Assembly: GCA_048213135.1 (NCBI GenBank)
Contig: PS015202.1
Coordinates: forward strand, 149,795 to 173,377
Reading direction: 5' to 3'
Length of the DNA: 23,583 nucleotides
Origin: Reclinomonas americana ATCC 50394
Taxonomy: Eukaryota
Both the position numbers and the translations under genes were made by a program. The notes under the pieces were generated by a model that was not told the DNA's origin, did no database searches, and was given only the letters and a program-made list of their open reading frames with translations. Within the stretch, counting starts at the first letter, position 1. Each line of letters begins with the position of its first letter. Shown here piece after piece: positions 1-8,791 of this stretch.

Positions 1-2163
1 GCCGCTCGATACGACAATCGCCCCGAGAACAGGTGCGACACGTTGACCAGCGGCGAAGTCGGCGAGGCGGCCTGCAGCAGCGGTTTCTGTTTCTGCCACC
101 AGTGAGTCTCTCTGTGATGGTCGCAGCAAAGCAGATGGACTCCACACCTGCAACGGTCGGTTCTCGTCGTGCTGGAAGAACCGACTGCGTCGTGCAGTGG
201 CCGACTGTGGAGTGGTTGCGGTGGTCGGTGTAGAGTCAGCGTCGTCTGCGGAGCAAGTGAGCGCAAGAGGGAGACAGTGTCTGTCGTACAGAGGAGGAGG
301 GAATGCAGCCGCACCGGAGCCTGGGGTGTCGACACTGAGTGGCGACGGAGGTACAAAGGGTCGTGAGGCGCCGCTCGGACGACTGACGGCAGCTGTTGAT
401 GGAATAGGAGATGGTCAGCAGAGCGAGCGGGGGAAAAGAGGGAAGAGGCAGCAACCGGTAACAGTAACACCACGCACTCATGTAGTTGAAAATGGTGGAG
501 CCGGCACGGTCGATTGGCAAGCGCAGCGACTTGCGCTCCGCAGGCTGGTCGGCCAGCAATGTGGGACTTACCACCGTGGCCACCGACGGACCGGCTCTCC
601 TCTGCAGCGACTTGGAGACTGGCTTGCGCGGCACTGCCACCCACCCACCAGACTTGTCCATCGACGACAAGGCCGGTGGCGACGGTGCTGCCGATGCAGC
701 CGCTGTTGCGGTGGTGGTTGTTGTTGTTGTTGTTGTTGTCGACGTTGAGTCGGAAGGTGCCGCATGCGTGGTGCCTCCTAACCTCTCCTCGGCCAACACC
801 CTGCGACTGGTTAAGCAATAGAGGAGAGAGGAAAAGAGAGGGCAGTAACACAGGCACTCAACTCGGCAAACGGCCGCATCGATCGCGGCTCCAACTCGCC
901 ACACACGAGTGCGACCGCCGTCTCCTTGTCCAGCATTTCACCGACAAACTCCAAGTCGTCGGTGCCCAGCAAGCTCTCGTCTGGCTCCGAGAAGTGACAC
1001 AAGCGCTTGGCTATGGGATCAAAGACCACCTGGTAGCGAAACACCAACTCTGCGCGACGGAATTCGTCGGCGTACTCTCGTGGCACGGTGATGCGGTGGT
1101 CGAATTGCAGTCGCGCCAGCACACGGTCCACCTCGCGGTACTGCTGCACCATCTGGTGTGCCTTCTTGATGCCCACATTGTGAATGTTGGGCAGGTAGTC
1201 GCACCCACAAAAGATGCACAGACGAGTGATCATGTCGGGGGTGAACGACGCAAACGACAGCTGCTGATTGGCGCCAAGCATCTGCCACCAACAACGTGAG
1301 TCGCCTCTCTCCTCGCTCTCCTCTCAGGCACACACACACACACAGAGCGAGTGCAGCGTGCCTTGTACTTGAGCTCCTGCGCCTCGCCATCATTGTTCAT
1401 CTTGAAGAGGATGCGCCGGCACTGGTACGCCACCAAATCACTGTCTTCGGTGATCACCGCCTCCACATAGTCGGTGTTGCACAGGTACGCCAGCTGCGCA
1501 TCGGCCTCATACGGCGCCACCATGAACTCCACACCCTCAGCACGCAGCGCCTGCTGGAACGCATACGTCATGCCCGCCGTGACCTCAATGCCCTTGCGGA
1601 AGCACTCGTTCGCCTGCCCAGCAGCAGCACACACATTCACGACAAGTCCTTGTGCGGCGCCAATCATGACACGCGCGCGTAACTTCCTGCGCACGTCCCT
1701 CGCGCAGCAGTGCCAGTCCGCGCTCTCGTCCTTCCTTGCGCGACTTGTTGCGTCCCTCGTTGGTGCCGCGCTTGGCCGGCAGTGGGCGCCCATCAAACAC
1801 AATCACTGGCACCACATTGTGATGCCGCAAGAGACCCACCATGCGCATGCAGTATGCCAGGTATCTGTGTGAGTGTGTGAGAGTGTGTGGGTGGGAGCAG
1901 AGGGGGGAGTGGTGGAGGTGAAACTTGGTGGACGGCATGTTGAGGCACAGTTCGCGCGCGCAGGCATATGCGCCCCTGTGCAGCCACGCAGACGCATCCA
2001 CGGCCACCTGTGCGTGTGCGCACACATGCGAATGAGCGACAGTGTGTGTGTGAGAGAGAGAGAGCGCAAACACACTCACTCTCACCTTCTTGCCTGCGTA
2101 CTTGGAGACGTGCACAGTGACAAGGCATGACTTGAGGTGCGTGAGGAGGTTGGATATTCCCAT
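1..2163 (-). CDS. EXO1: Exonuclease 1 (XPG/Rad2 family), 3'-partial. Inferred exons: 2163-2086, 2007-1925, 1864-1684, 1613-1362, 1281-863, 800-478, 392-315, 245-148, 92-<1
   Basis: Spliced product has the XPG-N motifs MGISNLL..KYAGKKVAVDASAWLHRGAYACA and VFDGRPLPAK, the XPG-I motif VAPYEADAQLAYL..ITEDSDL, the H3TH motif CGCDYLPNIHNVGIKKA and FRYQVVFDP, then a disordered tail with an RSRFF MIP-box-like motif. Exons in the tail are less certain. Confidence 0.95.
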
Positions 2164-2635
2164 GACGCGGGAGAGTGGTCGTTGTGTAGACCACGCACTC
2201 GCGCGCGAGTTGCAGCTGTGAGCGCAGCGCTTGTGTAAACCACACGCGCAGGAGGGGTTTGCGATGGCTATGCCGGGCAAACCGGCACGTCATCGCTGCG
2301 CGTTTGTCCCACCCATCATTTCGTTGTTTTTTTCGACGGAGCATATGTTGCGTGTCTATGTGGCTCTGTGTCGGTGTGGAAGAGTGCATGTGCGCGTGTG
2401 AAGAAGGAGAGCAGAGAAGAGATTGTGCTTTGTGAGTTTGGTGCACATCAGAAGAAAACACATGCGCGTATGGCGTTTGTCTGTGTGCCATAGTGCACTA
2501 CAGACAGGCAAGCAGCAGAGGTGGATATTGTGGACAGCGAGCAGGGGAGAAAGAATGCGTGTGGGGCATGGTGTACATGTCGTCGACATGCATGTGCATG
2601 CCCACTCACTCACTCACTCACTCGCCTCCTTCCCC

Positions 2636-3403
2636 NNNNNNNNNNNNNNNNNNNNNNNNNNNNNNNNNNNNNNNNNNNNNNNNNNNNNNNNNNNNNNNNN
2701 NNNNNNNNNNNNNNNNNNNNNNNNNNNNNNNNNNNNNNNNNNNNNNNNNNNNNNNNNNNNNNNNNNNNNNNNNNNNNNNNNNNNNNNNNNNNNNNNNNNN
2801 NNNNNNNNNNNNNNNNNNNNNNNNNNNNNNNNNNNNNNNNNNNNNNNNNNNNNNNNNNNNNNNNNNNNNNNNNNNNNNNNNNNNNNNNNNNNNNNNNNNN
2901 NNNNNNNNNNNNNNNNNNNNNNNNNNNNNNNNNNNNNNNNNNNNNNNNNNNNNNNNNNNNNNNNNNNNNNNNNNNNNNNNNNNNNNNNNNNNNNNNNNNN
3001 NNNNNNNNNNNNNNNNNNNNNNNNNNNNNNNNNNNNNNNNNNNNNNNNNNNNNNNNNNNNNNNNNNNNNNNNNNNNNNNNNNNNNNNNNNNNNNNNNNNN
3101 NNNNNNNNNNNNNNNNNNNNNNNNNNNNNNNNNNNNNNNNNNNNNNNNNNNNNNNNNNNNNNNNNNNNNNNNNNNNNNNNNNNNNNNNNNNNNNNNNNNN
3201 NNNNNNNNNNNNNNNNNNNNNNNNNNNNNNNNNNNNNNNNNNNNNNNNNNNNNNNNNNNNNNNNNNNNNNNNNNNNNNNNNNNNNNNNNNNNNNNNNNNN
3301 NNNNNNNNNNNNNNNNNNNNNNNNNNNNNNNNNNNNNNNNNNNNNNNNNNNNNNNNNNNNNNNNNNNNNNNNNNNNNNNNNNNNNNNNNNNNNNNNNNNN
3401 NNN
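2636..3403. other. Assembly gap (others: 6442-7122, 9324-9553, 14391-14934, 17597-17677, 22650-22966)
   Basis: Runs of N, mostly flanked by low-complexity sequence. Confidence 1.
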
Positions 3404-4166
3404 CGTGGTCGTCGGCGATCACAATGGTCACATTGGCCTCGGTGTCAAGTGCTCCAAGGAAGTCGCCGGTGCCATTCAGGGTGCCATTCTGGCGGCCAAG
3501 CTGGCCATCCTGCCCATTCGCCGTGGCTACTGGGGCAGCAAGATCGGCACCCCCCACACTGTGCCCATCAAGGTGAGCGAAGGGAGGAAGGAGAGAGTAT
3601 GGGATGCTCTTTTCTTTTTGTTGTTGCTGCTTGCTGCAAGTGATCTCTGCTCCGCTTCCGTGATGATTCCATTTCTGTCTCTTGACGATCAAATTATGGA
3701 AGACAGATTAACCATCTTTCGGGACTGATGAAGATGGTGTCGACACTTGCAGCAAATGGCAGCAGTCTGCCTGCTTCCTATCTCCCTCTCTCTGTCGTTG
3801 ATGTGGGGTAGCACACTGTCTTGCGATGCATTGTTGCTCACTGGCGCGCGACTCGACCAGGTCACTGGCAAGTGCGGCTCTGTGCGCATTCGCCTGGTGC
3901 CGGCCCCGCGCGGTACTGGCATTGTCGGTGCCCCGGTGTCGAAGAAGATTCTGCACTACGCTGGCCTGGAGGACGTGTACACGTCGTCGTCTGGCCAGAC
4001 TGCCACCCTCGGCAACTTTGCCAAGGCTGTCTTCAACGCGGTCCTCAGCACCTACACCTTCCTCACCCCCGACCTGTGGAAGAAGACCAAGTTCCGCCAG
4101 ACTCCGTACCAGGAGCACACCGACTTCCTGTCGACTCAGAAGCTGAAGAAGCGCGTGGAGGAGTAA
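3404..4166 (+). CDS. RPS2: 40S ribosomal protein S2 (uS5), 5' part hidden in gap 2636-3403. Exons <3404-3572 and 3861-4166
   Basis: [84 protein letters not shown] intron 3573-3860; TAA 4164-4166. Confidence 0.97.
3655..3733 (+). ncRNA. Intronic box C/D snoRNA, snR39B/SNORD2-like, predicted to 2'-O-methylate the G in LSU rRNA CCCGAAAGAUGGU (yeast 25S Gm805 equivalent)
   Basis: Box C GTGATGA 3660-3666, box D CTGA 3725-3728, terminal stem CTTC/GAAG, and guide ACCATCTTTCGGG (3711-3723) complementary to a conserved LSU rRNA stretch. The D+5 base is C3720. It lies in an unusually long (288 nt) intron of a ribosomal protein gene. Confidence 0.88.
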
Positions 4167-4425
4167 TTCCACCCTCGCCAACGTCGGCTTGTTGCACGCT
4201 GTGCATTTGCATGAATGAATGGTGTGCTGCATACTCCCCGTTGAATTCGATTTTGAACACATGATTGCTTCTTTCATTTGCAACAGAGGGCGGAGGCCAC
4301 GTGCGTCTGACTCTGCATCGACAGAGGGCTACAGCAGAAGAAGCATCATTAGCTAATTTGTTGCACTTATGCTGTCATGAATGCTGGACACATGCATTAC
4401 CGAAACGGTACAAGCACGCGGCTGT

Positions 4426-4557
4426 GGGCCCTCTCTCTCCGTCGACACTCATCGGAACATACACTCCGATCGCGCAGCAAAAGATAACCAGCCCTGCTGC
4501 TGCACATCCACCGGCGGGCCCTCTCATCGCATTGATCGGAAGTGCACTCCGATCGCG
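4426..4557. promoter_or_regulatory. Duplicated inverted-repeat element upstream of MsrB
   Basis: ATCGGA-N8-TCCGAT (4451-4470) and GATCGGA-N7-TCCGATC (4534-4554). Each is preceded by GGGCCCTCTC and ends in CACTCCGATCGCG. A regulatory role is inferred from position only. Confidence 0.4.
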
Positions 4558-4640
4558 GGGAATAAAAAAGCGGACAAGGGTTGTGTTTCACATTCTTTCA
4601 TCAGCCTCTGAGCCAAGAACAACAACAGCAACCAAGAACC

Positions 4641-5024
4641 ATGAGCGACGAAGACGTGTCTCACCTGAGCGACTCGCAGTGGCGTGAGCGACTGGAGCCG
4701 GGAGTGTTTGCAGTGGTGAGTTCACCACTCTGCATGCATGTGTGTGTGAGTCGTTGCGTTTGCTGACACTCCAGTCACTCAGCTGCGACAAAAGTCAACG
4801 GAGCGACCAGGCACCAGCAAGTACAACAAGTACCACCCGGCCGATGGTGGTGAGTGTGTGAGACTCCGTGTGAGAATGTGATTGTGCTGATCACTGACTG
4901 CCTCTCTCCCCTTTCCAGTGTTCCGCTGCGTCGGCTGTGACACACCACTGTACCAGGCCAACACCAAGTTTGGTGAGTGCGATGTTGCTTGCGAAGCAGG
5001 GGCGCGGACGATGTGACTGACACT

Positions 5025-5063
<39 letters not shown>

Positions 5064-5427
5064 GCTGATCGCAGACAGCGGATGTGGATGGCCGGCGTTC
5101 TACGAGGGCATTCCGGGGGCCATCACCGAGACCACCGATGAGGACGGCCACCGCACCGAGATCACCTGCACCAAGTGTGGCGGACATGTTTCGTTTGTAT
5201 TTATAATCGTCTTGCAGCGATAATGAGCCAAGAAGTCTCACATGTTTGTTGATGTTGCGTAGCTCGGCCACGTTTTCAAGGGCGAGGGCTTTGCCACCCC
5301 CACGGACGAGCGGCACTGCGTGAATGGCATTTGCTTGCGCTTCGAGGCCGGACCCAAGTCGGCCGGCACTGAACCCGCTGGTGCCGGCGCATCAGCTGGC
5401 GGCAGCGGTAGTGGCAGCAGCCGCTAA
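4641..5427 (+). CDS. MSRB: Peptide methionine-R-sulfoxide reductase B. Exons 4641-4715, 4783-4849, 4919-4972, 5075-5187, 5263-5427
   Basis: Spliced: ..WRERL..VLRQKSTERPGT..FRCVGCDTPLY..TKFDSGCGWPAF..RTEITCTKCGGHLGHVFKGEGF.TPTDERHCVN. Two Zn-binding CxxC motifs; the catalytic residue is encoded as Cys (TGC), not Sec. Confidence 0.96.
5028..5062. repeat. (TG)n microsatellite in MsrB intron 3; similar tracts occur in many introns of the window
   Basis: Directly visible dinucleotide run. Confidence 0.95.
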
Positions 5428-5591
5428 TGGAGGCATGCGGTGGTATGTGTGTAGAAAGGGAGGGTCGGCAAGGGAGCGTTGTCACTGTAAATGAAGCATT
5501 TCATTGACAACTCTGCTCGTGAGTGAGTGAGAGCACGCAGTCTGCAGGTACGTTGACAGTGCATGGTTGGTCGTTCACTGCTGGGCTGCAG

Positions 5592-5972
5592 TCACGTGCT
5601 GAGGCCGATTCTGCCGGTGGGAGGAAACACTGGAGGATCGATATTCATCAGTGCGACTGCCACGCACACTTGGACTGAGTTCCTGTCAACGATCGGCAGC
5701 AACTGTACTCTACCGCGCGTACCTAGTGTGTGCTCCTCCGCCACACGGCGCTCACTTCCCTTCTCTGCTCGTTCCACGCGACGCCACAAAGAGCGAAGAA
5801 TTTCACGAACTTCCGGCTCATCGCAGTGGTTTCGCAGGAACCGCAAGCCACTCTGGATGTACAAATCGTCGCCTCTCCCGTGCTCCTTCGCCAGCTCTTC
5901 GAGGCGAACCACCAGATCCATGCTTTGTGAAGAGAACTCGATTATGATCAGTGCGGCCGCTGCGCGGTCCTG
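5592..5972 (-). CDS. Possible small hypothetical protein (5' end uncertain)
   Basis: Open frame QDRAAAALIIIEFSSQSMDLVVRLEELAKEHGRGDDLYIQSGLRFLRNHCDEPEVREILRSLWRRVERAEK.. looks helical and fills an otherwise large (about 780 bp) intergenic gap. No family recognised. Confidence 0.3.
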   Translation of the reverse strand, partial: QDRAAAALIIIEFSSQSMDLVVRLEELAKEHGRGDDLYIQSGLRFLRNHCDEPEVREILRSLWRRVERAEKGSERRVAEEHTLGTRGRVQLLPIVDRNSVQVCVAVALMNIDPPVFPPTGRIGLST

Positions 5973-6211
5973 CTGAGTGGTGAAGTTGCAGCATCAAATA
6001 TGCAACCTCCATCACGATTACGTACAGGGGCATGTTCTTATGTGCATTATATGTGCACAGTGGACGTCTGCACGAGTTGCAACCCCCAGCTTCTCGACGA
6101 ACGCATTTCTCGTGTCGGTGTCCTGTGTTATGCATCACGCTTCGTTGACCATTTCTCTGACCACAGTGTCTCTGTGCTCTCCTCGCACACCCTACGGACA
6201 ACACCAGCAAC

Positions 6212-6441
6212 ATGTTAGAGGGAACTCGACTCTCACTGGCCTTCCGCGAACTGCGTGAGCTTCCGGTGCCTGTGTTGCGCAAGTACAGCAAACGCATCCG
6301 TGAGTTGGATGTGAGCAGCAATGAGCTCAGGTGCGCACACACACAGTGTGAGAGAGACGTGTTGTGTTTGTAGTGTGTGTCCCTCCTCTCTCTCTCTCTC
6401 TCTTTCTTACATCATGACAATCAGTGATCTGACTGCACTGG
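6212..6441 (+). CDS. Leucine-rich-repeat protein N-terminus (resembles the LRMDA/C10orf11-type N-terminal LRR). Exons 6212-6330 and 6425->6441; continues into gap
   Basis: MLEGTRLSLAFRELRELPVPVLRKYSKRIRELDVSSNELS|DLTAL contains an LxxLDxSxNxL repeat; GT-AG intron 6331-6424. Not present in the ORF track because of its length. Confidence 0.75.
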
Positions 6442-7122
6442 NNNNNNNNNNNNNNNNNNNNNNNNNNNNNNNNNNNNNNNNNNNNNNNNNNNNNNNNNNN
6501 NNNNNNNNNNNNNNNNNNNNNNNNNNNNNNNNNNNNNNNNNNNNNNNNNNNNNNNNNNNNNNNNNNNNNNNNNNNNNNNNNNNNNNNNNNNNNNNNNNNN
6601 NNNNNNNNNNNNNNNNNNNNNNNNNNNNNNNNNNNNNNNNNNNNNNNNNNNNNNNNNNNNNNNNNNNNNNNNNNNNNNNNNNNNNNNNNNNNNNNNNNNN
6701 NNNNNNNNNNNNNNNNNNNNNNNNNNNNNNNNNNNNNNNNNNNNNNNNNNNNNNNNNNNNNNNNNNNNNNNNNNNNNNNNNNNNNNNNNNNNNNNNNNNN
6801 NNNNNNNNNNNNNNNNNNNNNNNNNNNNNNNNNNNNNNNNNNNNNNNNNNNNNNNNNNNNNNNNNNNNNNNNNNNNNNNNNNNNNNNNNNNNNNNNNNNN
6901 NNNNNNNNNNNNNNNNNNNNNNNNNNNNNNNNNNNNNNNNNNNNNNNNNNNNNNNNNNNNNNNNNNNNNNNNNNNNNNNNNNNNNNNNNNNNNNNNNNNN
7001 NNNNNNNNNNNNNNNNNNNNNNNNNNNNNNNNNNNNNNNNNNNNNNNNNNNNNNNNNNNNNNNNNNNNNNNNNNNNNNNNNNNNNNNNNNNNNNNNNNNN
7101 NNNNNNNNNNNNNNNNNNNNNN

Positions 7123-8725
7123 CCGTGTCGCTCCCGTCCGGACTTGGTGTCGGTGGTGCAGGTGCCCCTAACGGTGGTGGTGTTGGTGGGACTCCAGCCG
7201 ATGCGTTGCTGGCGGAAAAGGAGGCGCGACTGCGGAATCGGCGGGAGCAGCAGCGCAAGATGTTGTCGGAGGTGGCGTTTGAGACGGCGGCTGCACCGAC
7301 GGCCGGTGAACTCAATCGTAACGCGCTGTCACCGCGCTCTGCCAACAGCACGCCACACACATCAATCACGGGTCTCACGCGGGAGCAGGTGCAGTTCTTG
7401 CAACAGCAGCAGCAGCAGCTGCAACAGCACCGACAATCGCAGCAGCAACAGCAGCAACCGCAGCAGCAAGAGAACCGACCTTCGCGCTCCATGTCCATGC
7501 CGGCGGGCCGTGCCGACCTGCTGGCGGAGATCAGGTCACGGGAGCACCCGATGCAGCAGCACATGGATGTGGTGGTGGACACGGAGGCAGTTGCGTGTTG
7601 AGGACTGAGGCAAGATGGTTTTGTCATGCAACTGACACTCGTGTCGTGTGTGTGTGTGTGTCTGTGGCGTAGGTACGTCGACGCGCTCAGCAACAACCGA
7701 TTGGTCTGCCGACCTCGCAGGCGCCGGCAGCAGCCGCCGCCGCCGCAGGTGGGCAAACTCCGCGGCAACGACCACCCCCACCGCCACCCCCCAAACGGCA
7801 AGTGCCGATCGGCATGGACTCGACCGTCGCCGATCTCGACGACAGCGACCTCGACACCGAGTACGCCAACATGCAGAGTGAGTTTGGCGACGACGACTTC
7901 ACGCTGGCCTCACAGGCGCCACTGGCCTCGGCGGTGCAGCAACGACAGTCGGCAGAAGCAGCCGCCGCCGTCGCCGCCGGTGCGCTGTCACCCCGAGGTG
8001 TGACGCCGGGTGGCGAGCAGCAGCAGCAGGTGCCAGCGCAGCGCAGAGTGACCGGGCAGCGCTTGGCGGGCATCGACAACCCCAACGCCATCGCCAATGC
8101 ACGCACACTGCTGCGTCCGGTGGCCGCCGACAAGACACCCGTCCCCACGACCGAGCGCGCTCAGCTGTCGCAAGCCATGGTTGATCCACCGTCGTCCCGC
8201 GAGCCAAGCATGCGCGTGCGGTCACAATCACAATCGCAACAACAAGTGCAGCAGGAGCAGCAGCAGCAGCAGCAGCCGTCGCCACCACAGCAGCAGCAGC
8301 AGCAGCAAACGATGCCAGTCGCAACCGCAGCAGGGCCCGTGCGTACCGCCAGCGCACAAGCCAACGGCCGCTCCCCACACCCACTGTTCCCCGAGGACAT
8401 TGACGAGCGCACCGAGCCGGCCTCGACCATTGCCTCCTCCGCCCACCCCCTAGCCTCCGTCGCCGCACGCGCCTCACGCGAACCCGCTCCCGCCATCGGC
8501 CTCACCCACCGCCTCGACAAGGCCGCCCGCCTCACCCAACTAACCGCCCTCGACGGCCCTCTCCCCGAACTACCACGCCTGCCCGAGTTCGACACGGACG
8601 GCGCCCCCGATCTGCACCAACAACCGCAATTCCTCCCCTCCGAGATCCAGTTGCTGACCGACGTGATGCCACCGCCGCCACGCAACGACGGCGCTCCAGA
8701 GGAGGAAGACTGGGACGACGCATGA
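7123..8725 (+). CDS. C-terminal part of a low-complexity (Gln/Ala/Pro-rich) protein with a WH2-like helix, poly-Pro and terminal EEEDWDDA; probably the same gene as the LRR at 6212. Exons <7123-7589 and 7673-8725
   Basis: Long GC3-rich open frames joined in phase by intron 7590-7672; GRADLLAEIRS 7506-7538; PPPPPPP 7772-7792; stop TGA 8723-8725. The link to the LRR exons crosses a 681-N gap and is not verifiable. Confidence 0.75.
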
Positions 8726-8791
8726 ACGTACACGGGAGTAAAAAAGTTGTCCGCGTCCTCCTCCGTCTGTGTGTGCCGGCACCGCCATTGG

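Noticed and set aside
2423-3728. Long ORFs spanning N runs here and at the other gaps
   Set aside because: Open only because N codons are not stops.
4641-5427. Selenoprotein MsrB or stop-codon reassignment
   Set aside because: The catalytic residue is TGC, and TAA, TAG and TGA all terminate genes in this window; in-frame stops fall within introns.
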